NCBI GenBank assembly: GCA_977862235.1
Contig: OZ374558.1
Span: 1,860,001-1,924,000, forward strand
DNA length: 64,000 bases
Origin: Dudresnaya verticillata
Taxonomy: Eukaryota
Direction: 5' to 3'
Of this stretch, positions 9,589 through 20,361 are shown one piece after another. The position numbers and the translations under genes were made by a program. Each line of letters begins with the position of its first letter. The first letter of the stretch is position 1. Below the pieces are notes generated by a model, which saw nothing but the letters and a program-made list of their open reading frames with translations, did no database searches and had not been told where the DNA came from.

Positions 9589-10436
9589 ATTTGCGTTCTG
9601 ATTTGAATACTCTGTGGCTCGAATGCTGTTCCGAAACGTTGCGGAAGAAAGCTTTGATAAGCACTTATTGACGGGGTGTTCTTTGGAGAGCTTGTTTTTC
9701 TCAAGAAAGTTTATGTATAAAATGAACTCTAGCGTCATTACGGCACGGCCCAAACCTTTTTTCCTTTTTTTCTATATTTGTGACAGCACTTGGGAATCAC
9801 ACCTACAGTGGCAATAAACTTTATTGGGAGCATGGTACCATCATTGCAGGCATCACAGAAGTCACGAAAAGATTACTCGGTCTTGGAACGCGTTTGCCAC
9901 GTCACACACAAGCATCCAACAGTATACTCACAGAATATGTAGGATGTGCTCGACCTGGGTAGACAGCATTTAGCACATTATCGATAAAATGAAGTCGGCA
10001 GATAGTTAGACGTGAACACGAGCAGTTGTTCTTCAACGTAAATTCCGGAGTGTAACCCTTTCTTAATTGTGTCCATAAAGAGAAGGCCTTTTTTGTCAAC
10101 TAATGTCCCACCCAAACGACAAGGGTTGCTGTAGCCGTTGTTCTATAATGAAGGATGACAAATACTTTCTTTACAGCAACAAGTTTCCCATGGCGGACAT
10201 CTCGGCCATGTTTTCTACGACATGGGTTTATTCGCGCAGTTGCAGAACGCCTCCACGTCGTATCTTTATTACGGCATTTTAATGCAACAACCTTTTTGTT
10301 TCAGCGCTGTCGCACACTCAGCGCATTTTTTGTGCCGTCCTCCTATTCTATTGCCTACGATATTCGCAAGTAGCGTAGCCATATCCAACCGTTGTGAAAA
10401 AGAAGCCATGTCGAATTGCCGACTCCTTCCATTTTT

Positions 10437-10535
10437 AGTATTATTTTTAACGCAGTCGTACCTGATTCGTCCAGTCGCCTCATTCGCATCGCCGATTGGC
10501 CGTGCGCGATTTGATCCCAGATATTTTGTACAGAG
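10437..10535. repeat. 99-bp target-site duplication, left copy (partner at 11013-11111; present in each full unit)
   Basis: agtattatttttaacgcagtcg...gatattttgtacagag occurs at 10437-10535 and 11013-11111 with 2 mismatches. Confidence 0.9.
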
Positions 10536-11012
10536 AGAGAGAGACCTTTATTAAACAACAAGAGAGAAGCCCCTTAAGGGGGCTTAGGATTCAGAGCTAC
10601 CATAAAGAGGCGGAGGAGCAAGCTTGCGGCGGTTGACACTCACCGCCACGCATTGGAGAACTAAAGAGAGTAAACGAGTAGTGAGGCGAAGTTTCTCCGT
10701 AGACGGAGAGGTCCCGCGCTTGCTGGCAATGAAATTAGCAATACGTTGGGCGCCAACTTCAAAGCCAGATCCAACACGGCCATAGACATCTACAACCATA
10801 GGATGGATAACCATATCCAAACTAGCGCACACGCGGCGGTAATGAGAGCGTTTGACACGTTCGCGAGCTGCAATGGCTTGGCCAGCAACGCGACCAGTGG
10901 AACCATGAATAGAATGGGGACTGACGACCGAGACATCAAATCCATGGGGGTGAGGGGCAAAGCCACGATCATCAACGAAAATATCCATACGCAGTTGGTC
11001 ACGTGGATCAAC
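10536..11012 (-). mobile_element. 5'-truncated non-LTR retrotransposon with an RLE (restriction-like endonuclease) domain, CRE/R2-group-like (copy 1)
   Basis: Encodes RMDIFV...FDVSVVSP...AARERVKRSHY...HPMVVDVYGRVG, matching the RLE pattern (RPD...D-V-x-V...K..KY...P...E..G..G). The stop at 10584 is followed by a hairpin (10567-10585), AATAAA (10547-10552, minus strand) and a (TC)n tail. Flanked by 99-bp direct repeats. Confidence 0.85.
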
Positions 11013-11153
11013 AGTATTATTTTTAACGCAGTCGTACCTGATTCGCCCAGTCGCCTCATTCTCATCGCCGATTGGCCGTGCGCGATTTGATCCCAGATAT
11101 TTTGTACAGAGCGCGGAGCGACGCCGAGCGGCAATCGCTCCAATCACCTCCAT
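10584..11153 (-). CDS. Possible chimeric ORF (189 aa): flank- and TSD-derived N-terminus fused to the RLE domain (also at 24589-25158, 38606-39175, 52623-53192)
   Basis: A true ATG (gggATGG) at 11153 in flanking DNA is in frame with the uninterrupted RLE domain. Expression is unknown. Confidence 0.35.
   Translation of the reverse strand: MEVIGAIAARRRSALCTKYLGSNRARPIGDENEATGRIRYDCVKNNTVDPRDQLRMDIFVDDRGFAPHPHGFDVSVVSPHSIHGSTGRVAGQAIAARERVKRSHYRRVCASLDMVIHPMVVDVYGRVGSGFEVGAQRIANFIASKRGTSPSTEKLRLTTRLLSLVLQCVAVSVNRRKLAPPPLYGSSES
11013..11111. repeat. 99-bp target-site duplication, right copy
   Basis: Direct repeat of 10437-10535. Confidence 0.9.
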
Positions 11154-12075
11154 CCCGGCCGTGATACCTCCTCAGCCCACAAGTCCCACTACCGCCTTCG
11201 TCAACCTCGTGTTCTCGTCCGAGTCGCGCCAGCGCCCTTTTCAGACAGCGACGAAAAGAGCACGTGCCCTTGAATCGAGCGTGTGATCAAGCGTCAACCG
11301 GGAGGCGGAATCGGCGCGCGTGGGGAATAGCAGGGAGGCGACAACCGCGGCAGCCATGGAGTCACCGTCGTTGTGCGGGAGGTTGAACGAACTTGCTCTG
11401 CGAAACAAATATGTAACGGTGAGCTGAGCAAGGCACCGCCTGGTTGTGAAGATCTCGCCACCGCCAGGAGAGGGTGCCGTTGGTGAGGCCGAGTTTCTCC
11501 TGTTCCATCGGACTCAATAGTCTGGCCCGACCACATGCGACAAGTGGAAGCGGCCTGCCAATGACATTGCTTCGTGTTTTACGTCTAATACCACTCTGTA
11601 TGGGACATAAAGGACCGTTGTGGGCGGAGAATGAGAGAGGCATAACATAAGCGGTTCTACCGTGCAATACTCTTCTCGAGATTTGCCTACATGACGAATC
11701 AGTTTTTGTTTTTCTACTGCAACGAGTCCAGAAAGTGTGAGATCATGGACCTTGACGTGATCACATGGCGTTTCGATGACGATGATACCTAAGAGAGCGC
11801 GTCTTGTCAACGACGTTCCTGGGTTTATGCTCCAAGGCGTATGGTAACGAAGGTAATGCTCGCCTGTTACTGCGCACGCGGGATACAAGTAGAGGCACGC
11901 ACCTCCCACCACCCAACAACCAAGATGACCGATCAGAATCACCCCACCAAACACAGCCGTCTATCGACAGGGGCCGAACAAAATCGAACTTCTTGGATCC
12001 GCGCAACCTAGTCGCTGAGATGCACCAAACCTTGTTCATCATGACCGATGCTACAAATCCGGACAAAAGGATGCA

Positions 12076-12139
12076 GTTTCTCGAAGCAGTCGTTTCTCGA
12101 AGCAGGCGTTTCTCGAAGCAGGCGTTTCTCAAAGCAGGC
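12076..12139. repeat. 4 x 16-bp tandem repeat gtttctcgaagcaggc
   Basis: Read directly; no spacers between units. Confidence 0.9.
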
Positions 12140-13086
12140 TAGACGGAGCTAGCGCAGGGAAAGCTCCAGTATTACCGCTATCTCGAAGACCACCTCCCGG
12201 TACATATACATTTCGATATGGCCGAAATGTGCATCCCACAAAGTGTGATCCTGGCGCCCCTCCTGTGCAGAGGGAGGGGCTTTTTCGTCGATCCGGCGCG
12301 GAGAGAGAGGAATACAGCTGCTCACGATTTGGTGCAGATTACAATCGCGCTGCAGAAGCAATACGGTCGCGGACATTGTTCGCAAAGACACATCCTCGTT
12401 CTGCGTCGAGAAGAATATAATGAAGAAGGCGTTGGCTTCTTGGTAGGAAGGCTGCAAGACGTGTGGCTCTATCCCGTAGATCCGTTGAGGGATTGTGCGC
12501 TGGGTCCGACACGCCACTGTCGCACCTTACGCCCCGGCTTCGGTGGGGTTGGGCGGCGAGGCGCAGCACATGCGCCGTCCCGCAATGGGCACATTTGGTT
12601 GGACGTATGGTGCGACAGGTGTCCTAACAGGAAGCTCTGCACCGTTTGATTGGCTCAAGTTCGAAGCACGTCGTCTTCCGAACCGCCTCCGTCGCTCAGC
12701 ACGCATTGACACGCATTGCCACTGCAGGTGCGCAGCAGCATTGCATTCCACTGCATTCCAGCTATGCCACATTTCAGCACTACCTCTTCAAATTGCGTAC
12801 AAACGTGCACTGTAGCACATCCGTACCTCCCCCACATTGATCCTCCGCCATGACGTGATTCTGTTCCTAACATCGCGATTTCCCGCTCCAAAACCGCCGC
12901 GCTGTCGCCGAGGTCACCGCCGACACCGTTCACCGCCAATCGCGGGAGCGTCTTCGTCCAAACCCTACTCCCGCCCGCTACAGGCGCCATTCCCGCGTGT
13001 CACGCCCACCCGGCCGTCGCATCCGCCCCCACCATTCTCTCGTCACGCCCACCCGCGCCAAGACCGCGAAAAAAACCGCCCGCAAC

Positions 13087-13093
13087 TTATAAT
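13087..13093 (+). promoter_or_regulatory. Candidate TATA box of the zinc-finger locus
   Basis: An isolated TTATAAT in very GC-rich sequence, followed by a pyrimidine-rich leader and accATG ~190 bp downstream. Confidence 0.4.
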
Positions 13094-13279
13094 GCCCGGT
13101 CCCCCCTGCTCCGCCTCACCACACCCCTCGCCTCCCTTCCAAGTTTCAAGCACATCCCCCACCGTCTTCGAACGCTCGTACACACCCGCACAACCGTTGC
13201 CAGCCCTCTCTCTCTGTCCCCTCATCTCTCCCCGCCGCTGCCTCGAACCTGCCCTCCACCTCGCAACGGCAACCTCACC

Positions 13280-14170
13280 ATGAACTTCCAGCACAACGAC
13301 CCGCCGCTTCCGTCCTCCTCCGCCCCGGCCCCGGCCCTGGCCTCTACCTCGTCCCCGACCTCGGCCCCGGCCTCCGCCTCGGCCTCGGCCCCGGCCTCGG
13401 CCCCGGCCTCTGCTGCCGACCAGATCCACATCCAGCTGGGCAGGATCGATGCCCCGATGCCCCGAAGAGAGCCAAGGCCAGTCGTGCCAGCCCGCACCTC
13501 CCCGCCGAGAAGGGCAAGGCAGAGTTGGCCGCAGCAATCGCCGCCAATTATCAGGATCCGGGCCGCAACGTCAAGGATAGATTCAAGCGCACCGTCGCTG
13601 GGTGCAACAATTCCTTCCTGTCCAGGTACAACCTCAAAGCCCTACAGATGTACGGAGTCTGGTTGATGCGCGTGCGAGCTTGGTGAGCGTGGTTGATGCG
13701 CGTGCGAGCTTGGTGAGCGTGGTTGATGCGCGTGCGAGCACGCGCATCAACCAGACTCCGTACATCTGCAAGGAGACCAACTGCGGTAAGCGGTTCAAGT
13801 GGAAGAGCAGCTTGTTACATCATTGCAGGTCCCACGGCGTCAAGCGCCTCGCTCGCTTACAATCATGAGAGTCAGAGTCAGGGCGCGGCGAGCGCGGGCG
13901 CAGCTGCCGCGCATGCTGCAAAGCTGTCCTAGCAGCACAACCCCGGTCACATCAACTCCGCTCACATCGCCATTGTCGATGGGCCGCGTGCAAGCGAGCC
14001 GGTCAACGCCACGGCCGCAGGCGTTCCATCTGGCAATGCGCCGCGGGTCTGAATGGAGTGATCGGGTTTGGAGACCTGATGCGCCGGATCGTATGGGCGC
14101 TGATCAGCTTCCGGGTGAGCACGTGGAGAGTTTCATGCAGGGTGACCTCATTCCTGGGCAGCATAACTAA
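13280..14170 (+). pseudogene. C2H2 zinc-finger transcription factor pseudogene (copy 1; 3' end approximate; the tail of a preceding copy lies at 1-153)
   Basis: accATG at 13280 begins an Ala/Pro/Ser-rich N-terminus. A degenerate finger FKRTVAGCNNSFLSRYNLKA (first Cys replaced by Arg) lies in a second frame. An intact finger YICKETNCGKRFKWKSSLLHHCRSH lies in a third frame. Further frameshifts and stops follow. Confidence 0.75.
13645..13768. repeat. 31-bp inverted repeat (13645-13675 / 13738-13768) overlapping a 30-bp tandem repeat of ~2.6 copies (13661-13739)
   Basis: cagatgtacggagtctggttgatgcgcgtgc is the exact reverse complement of gcacgcgcatcaaccagactccgtacatctg. The tandem unit is ggttgatgcgcgtgcgagcttggtgagcgt. 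Confidence 0.92.
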
Positions 14171-15297
14171 GAAGCAGATGCGGGAGGAGCTCAACAATTA
14201 ACATTGTAGCACTAATCGACTGTAGATTAACTTGTCTCACCCCGTTTCGCTTCTCCCTGTTGTGAATACTCTTGTGGATATCTGCTTTTGTTTGTTTTGT
14301 AAATCTCACTGTGTTTGGAGCGCTAGCTGCGCTCGATCTCGTGTATATCGCTTTACTCTTCTGTTGCCACTGGGAGCGCGGCCACTACCTCTGCGATCGG
14401 TGCGAGGACGAATCTCAGATGTTTGGTTGAGAACGAATGGATTATGAATGGTCTATGACGCTTGCGTTGAGAGGGTTGGAGGTGGGCGGCATGCTCGCTC
14501 AAAAGTTCACGCTTCGTGTTAAAGCTTCGCTGGGTAAGGAGAGGGGGTTGGGGGCGGCGAATGGGAAGGTTCGTAAATGCCACCTCACTGCGAGCTTCCG
14601 CTCGCGGTTATCGGCAAGTCGGAGGGCGGAAGGCAGGGTATGCCTGGACAATACGGGTGCGCTTCGCGGGCTTGCCAGGGACGTTTACCATTCGGCTCAG
14701 ATGGAGGCTGGAATGTCGGCATAGCGTGAGGGGCAGCGGAGGTATTCCTGGAGTATCGATAAGGGGAGCATATGGACAGCGTTGCGTTGATTGTTTGCTG
14801 TGTGTGCCGGCAGGCAGGCGGCAGTGGGCTTGCGCGAGCGCGCGAGTTTCCGCAGTCCTGCGGATAGCTTGTGTTGGATGGATACCGCGGTTTGCCCTTT
14901 GCCTCGGGGACCGGAAGGCTGGATCGTGGGAAAACGTCTTTTTTTACGGCTAGCTCAGGCCAGGGCATTGGATGACTTGGAGTTTTGCAGAGTATCAGAA
15001 ACTGGCGCGAAAAGTTTGCCGTGGAAACTCGAGAACAAATTCGTCGGCCGCTTCCAGTCTTGACGAAACGCCCGCATGCTGGGAAAGTTTCTTAACACGT
15101 TTATGGGCCTTTCCGCCCATCTGCGTTGCTTTTCCGCACCCCTGCTACATCAACCTGCTACATTCGCCCACCGTTTTCTCTCTCATAGACCTCCTCTCCC
15201 TTTCCACGCAGCCTCCGCTCGAGTCGCACGTCAGTTGGCGTGTCAACCCATCGGTCCCAAACTGTTCCCAGCCTGCAACCACACCACCGCCGACAAG

Positions 15298-16185
15298 ATG
15301 AACTCCCTTGCAAAGGCCGGCCCTGGTCACCCACAAACAACTGCGATCACCGGGGCTGGACCAAAGCCTCAGAAACGCCATTCCGCCAAGCCCAACAAGG
15401 AGACCTCGTATCTCGACAAAAGGGCATCGAGCAAGGTCTGTTCAGGCCAAACGGAGCTCACAGCACGGGTGCCCACTGCGCTTGAGCATTCTGATGCATC
15501 ACGTGCTCAGAAGGATAGTGTGGTCAGTAATGAGGGCGGCAAACTTCAGCAAAAGCGTCGCTCTTGTAGAGAGGCATACAAACTTGCGGGCTTCCGTCTA
15601 CCCGAGAAACGACTTCCGATGCCTGATCCGCTCCCTCTCAAGCCCGTTGTGCGTTTCGCAAAGCCCAGCAGCAAAACTCTGTGGTCCGTGATTCGAGACG
15701 ACGAGTGCAAGTTGGAAGAGTTGTTCAAGCGACTTTCCAACCGTCCAGTCTACAACCCCGAAGCGCAAAGGCAGGTTCTCGACATCAGTAAGAAATGCTT
15801 CGACGCTGTGTCCCAACGCCGTGAAGTTATCAAAGGGGAGCTGAAGTCGTACCAAGAGAAGCTCGTGGTTGTCTGCGATCGGGAGACGAACGCAAACACA
15901 AGCGGTAACAAGAAGAGCTCGAATTCGTGGCAGGTAGTCGAGGAGCGATCATCTGCCACGAAAACCAAGAGGATCGAAGAGGACATTGGGCATCTCCAGA
16001 GGATTCTCCGGGAACAGGACGGATTGTACCACTCCATTCGATACCAGCGTCGGGATGTAAAGCGCGAGATTGGAGTCGTTAAGGGAAGAATTTGGGATGC
16101 TTGCAAGAGGCATTGGAAAGCTCAAAATGCCTGGTTTCTCAATGAAAGGATCTTCAGCGCTCAGAGAAGCATGGGGAAGAAGTGA
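15298..16185 (+). CDS. Hypothetical coiled-coil protein (copy 2)
   Basis: Identical translation to copy 1. Confidence 0.55.
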   Translation: MNSLAKAGPGHPQTTAITGAGPKPQKRHSAKPNKETSYLDKRASSKVCSGQTELTARVPTALEHSDASRAQKDSVVSNEGGKLQQKRRSCREAYKLAGFRLPEKRLPMPDPLPLKPVVRFAKPSSKTLWSVIRDDECKLEELFKRLSNRPVYNPEAQRQVLDISKKCFDAVSQRREVIKGELKSYQEKLVVVCDRETNANTSGNKKSSNSWQVVEERSSATKTKRIEEDIGHLQRILREQDGLYHSIRYQRRDVKREIGVVKGRIWDACKRHWKAQNAWFLNERIFSAQRSMGKK

Positions 16186-19100
16186 TGGCTTCGTTGTTGA
16201 CCTCACAGATACTAAGCGGTTTAACAGTGATATCTGGATCAAGTCTCCAGTCGCTACCGGGATATTGTCCGGCACTTGGTGAGAAAGTTTGGATACTGTT
16301 TGTTTGTAGTACTACGCCATCAGGTTGCTCTTGTGATTCCTTTCGTCGAAGCAGACGCACTCCAAACCAGCATGATTAAACTAATACTAAGGTACCACTC
16401 CTGTCGGTATCCGCACTAAATCTCGAGCGGCACGTTACCCATGCCCATATACTAACGAACTCGGCAGTCTTTCCCCTCCAACAATAACCGCAACCGCTCC
16501 TGCCCGCTCGGAGCACAACACTGCCGAACTCCGGCGTGACCTCCGTCATCTCCGCCGCTTATCATTTCTATCTACTGAGGCTAAGCGCGACCAACTATGC
16601 ATGGAAGTCTATTTTGACGATCCAGCCTTTGCAAATCGCGCCTGTCCCAAGGCTTTGAAGTCTCTATGGTCAGTCTCCGTTCTCCCCACCTTCGCTCAGC
16701 TCGCTCCTCCCTAGGGCGCTATTGCGTTACGGGAAAAAGGCGAAACGCATACACTATCGCCTGTTATGTCCCCACAATGACATCGACTTTCATCCTATGG
16801 CCATGGATACCTACGCCTTCATTTTCTCTGGTATTCCACTGTCGTGCCCAACGGATCGCCAACTTCAAGCCGACCAAAAAGGGCACTTCTCTGATGAATA
16901 CAGTTAACTTTGGCCTCGTTCGTTCATCGATTTCAAGTCTTCCACGACGTAAACCGCTAACCGTAAGACGTAAAACGTAAGGCGCAAACCGTAAACATAG
17001 ACTGTTCACAACAGAGAGCGAGGGCTTTCAGACCGGATCTTGCTTTCAGACGACCTTCTGGAGAAGGTTGTCCATGCTGTAGCACCATCAATCTTCGTTG
17101 TCCTAGGGGCTGTCTGGGCGTCGTGTGCACAGACAAGAATGCTACGAGAGGCTATGCGCAAGGCCACTTTTCTGTTTGTAGCACAGCGGACAGCGGACAT
17201 TGCGCAAAGAAGGATAAAAGTACGTAATTTGCATACAGTGGCACATCAACGCTTTGGGTATCTGGTACCGTCGCCGTACCGTCGTGGTCTCGTCATGGTC
17301 CCGTCGTGGTCTCGTCATGGTCCCGCCATGGTCCCGCCATGGTACACCGCCATGGTACCGTCGTCGCCCCGTCGTCGCCCCGTCGTCGCCCCGTCGTCGC
17401 CCCTTCATCGTCCAATCGTCGTCCCGTCGTCGTCGCGTCGTCGTCTCGTCGTCATTCAATCGTGGTCCACTCGTCGTCCAGTCGGCAGTGATGGCCATAG
17501 CGGCGTTTTACAGCGTTAACGGCGACGAGCACTCTGAATGTTTCTCTTCTCTGACACCGGCACGGCTGAAAGTGCCTCAATGGAGTGGAAAAGCCTCGAA
17601 AAGACGAAATGGCGTGCGTCTTGGCACCGAAACGGCCCGGCGTCTAGGCCCGTCGATGTCCAGCCGTTCTGTGTGTACTTGAGCGTACACGACCCGACTG
17701 ACTTCAACCGACTGTGTATCCCATCAGCCACCACGATGAACACGTCCGCTCAACCACCTGGGATCTAGCACTGGAACAGGCTGCGGCAGGTTGTACAGCG
17801 TGTTACACGCGTTGACTGCGCAATTGACAGCGCAGCTGATGGCACATGGCAACGCTGGCGACGCAGCTGACGGCGCTCTTGCCACTACGCTCTGCACAAC
17901 TTGGTAACGTCACCAAGGCGATGAAGCACACATCTCGGGTTCTCTATGTGAGGTTTCGTCACTTCTCCGGTGTCACAAAATGGAACCGGCAAAATATGTT
18001 TGCAATGTTGTGGAGTGAGCGTCTAGCTACCAAACTGCTGTGTATGCAAGAGCACTCTGTGTTGACTGGTACGCCTTAAACCTGCACGCGGTTCGTTCCC
18101 AAGGAATGCCAAACTCTGGTACCAGCACATTCGACAGCTCAAGAGCCAGGGCCCTTATGCGATGCGAGGGGTTCATACTGTTATACTCTCACGCTGCGCT
18201 TAGCTTATGAGGCCTTCCGTGATCAGTCAAGACTCGCATGGTCTCATCTTTTGTAGCGCGTCAATGCATTGTTCATGTGGACAGTTTTCAAATGGACATT
18301 GTTCACATGGAAATAGGGGCAGGGCTTCTACCAGCCAAATAAACCGCTAATATTGGAACCCCATTGTTCCATCTCTTTCAAGATTGCATAGTCCTATCCA
18401 TCTCATCGACCTCAGCGACCTGAAGAACGTAAATATTGTGTTGCATCGATTAGAGGTCCTCGTTTCAATATTATTTCAATTCGTGACCCGCTCTGTGCAC
18501 ACCCACATACCTCAGGATATAGCCAACTTTCAAACATAGATATTGGATATCACAATACCACTTACTAATACTTTCATGCCCCATTGCGCCGACCACGTGC
18601 CAGGGTGCCAATTGCCAAAGGTCAAACATACAATAGCTGCAGCTGGCGGACGATCTGAGTTAAACAAGGCACGCAACTGCATGACGAACTGGCGACGTTG
18701 CTGTCTCCTGAGCCCTACGCCCACTACGTTCTACGGTTGCGCGAGGATGGCCCCAGCCAGATGAATAGCGATACGCTTCGGGAGTTGCTCTACATACAAA
18801 TCTTCTAGGATCTAGACCACCTCTGAACCGAAGCTGAGAGTCATATGCAGAAACGCGCTCCATGTTGCAGATCGCGCAGATCCCATACTCGGCCATGAGA
18901 GCGGAATCTTAAGTATGGCACAACGTTTGAACGCATGACGGCGACGGCGATGATATATTTAGAATCGAACGGATCCCGTTTTCCGCTTGTGGCACAGTGC
19001 TCTCCGCAATGTTGCAGCGAAGAATGTGCTGCCGGATATCTTTCGAAAACGGAGTAGTTTTGTGGAACTTTCCGGCAGCGTCACAATTTCCTAAGACACG

Positions 19101-19661
19101 GCCAAAAGTAAATCAGAAATTCGTCTTGTACCCTGTTCTAGCACATCATGTAAGTTTGGGGACGGTGCAGTGCCGCAAGCTGGAAACATGACGAGCGGCG
19201 CATTGCGTGAGCGAAAATGTGAGCATTGTCGGGACGTGCGAGATGAGACGAGCCTCGCATGACCGCGCCGCCAGTACCTTCGAAGGTACACCGCACCTCA
19301 ACGGGATGCTTTCCTGAGATATGCAAGCCTTGTCGTCCTTATCGCGTTGAAGGCCCACAGTGGCATTCACATGCAGTCCAGTTTTCAACCTGTCTAATAG
19401 GCACTGTCAGGTCGTTCACAGAGCAAGGAGCCACCATGAAGATGGAACAGTGTGTGAGAACGTCGCCCTGCATGATTCAAACCACCCATAGTTCGTGAAA
19501 GAGCACGAGCGTGGCAACTTATAGAAGGAGGGGCGTTGGGTCTTCGCCAAGGTGGTGATGAATCGAACGCTACGCTGTGACTCTACCGCAGAGCCCCAAG
19601 AATATTCTTCGGTATGTTTTTCTGGTGCACGTTGTATTCTAAACGTACCAAAAACCGAACA

Positions 19662-20361
19662 ATTCCGCTTGTTCATATCGCAACGCACGCCCCACATGCC
19701 CAGCTCGCGTCTCAAGAAGCTTGGAGCTCTGTTCCGCATCGTCCCGCCGCTTCTGCGCCAGCGTATTCTACAAAGCAAGTTCGTGTCTTCCCTCCGCCGC
19801 ACTGCGCGCTCCACACACCTCCCGGCATCATGGCACGCTCGGCAAACTCTACTCGCTCTCCCGAAGCTCCGAAACCCGATTCTGAGCAACGCGATCCAGA
19901 ACCCGACGACCCCATCCACCCTGCATACTGACTGCGTTTCCCAATGGCGCTCTGCATTTCCCGGTCCGCGCAAAGCCCCAGTCCCCACCACATCACGCTT
20001 TGCCCCGGCGCTGCTACTCCCTGACCACCGTGACCGCCTGCTTGCTATCAGATGGCACTTATGCACCTTCCCAATCCCACCCCGTTGCCCCTCCTCTTGT
20101 AGGGCGCTACGCGCCCATGCCCCCGAGCTCACGAAGCTCTCGCACGACGCCCTCCAGCCCTCGGACATCCGCTCAGTCTCATTATCGATTGCTGCGATCC
20201 GTGACCTATGCTCAGTGGACCACCCTCCCCCGTTCTCCTTGTCACCCCCGTAACCACCTGCCCGCCCTTTATTGATACCTTGGACCCTAGGGCCGGTGCG
20301 CCTGCAAATGGGCCTTTGTTGCCTGCGCAGGACCACCTAAAACAAAAAACATGAATCATCA
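19662..20361 (+). mobile_element. 700-bp non-LTR-like insertion (copy 2)
   Basis: Same as copy 1. Confidence 0.7.

Noticed and set aside
10161..10205. RDVRHGKLVAVKKV (minus strand) resembling kinase subdomain II
   Set aside because: There is no Gly-rich loop upstream and no HRD or DFG downstream in compatible frames.
11200..13000. Several 100-150 aa ORFs on both strands
   Set aside because: No recognisable motifs, mostly non-ATG starts, and mutually overlapping; none can be supported.
13043..13537. RG-repeat (RGG-like) 164-aa ORF on the minus strand
   Set aside because: It is the antisense reading of the gccccg/gcctcg Ala-Pro/Ala-Ser repeat of the zinc-finger locus.
13636..13666. KPYRCTESG as the start of an additional zinc finger
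   Set aside because: Most of it lies in the inverted copy of the downstream linker and it ends immediately in a stop, so the resemblance is likely coincidental.
13661..13739. 30-bp repeats as a CRISPR array
   Set aside because: The units are directly adjacent with no unique spacers, there are no cas genes, and the context is eukaryotic. An inverted linker duplication explains them.
1..14017. rDNA, 5S, SL-RNA or tRNA repeat unit, or a single autonomous element (LTR, Helitron, Polinton, plasmid or virus)
   Set aside because: I recognised no conserved RNA-gene motifs and no RT, transposase, helicase, polymerase or capsid ORF. The 1.16-kb repeats are only 2.6 kb apart and enclose no gag-pol. 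A covariance-model (Rfam) scan would be needed to exclude small RNAs.
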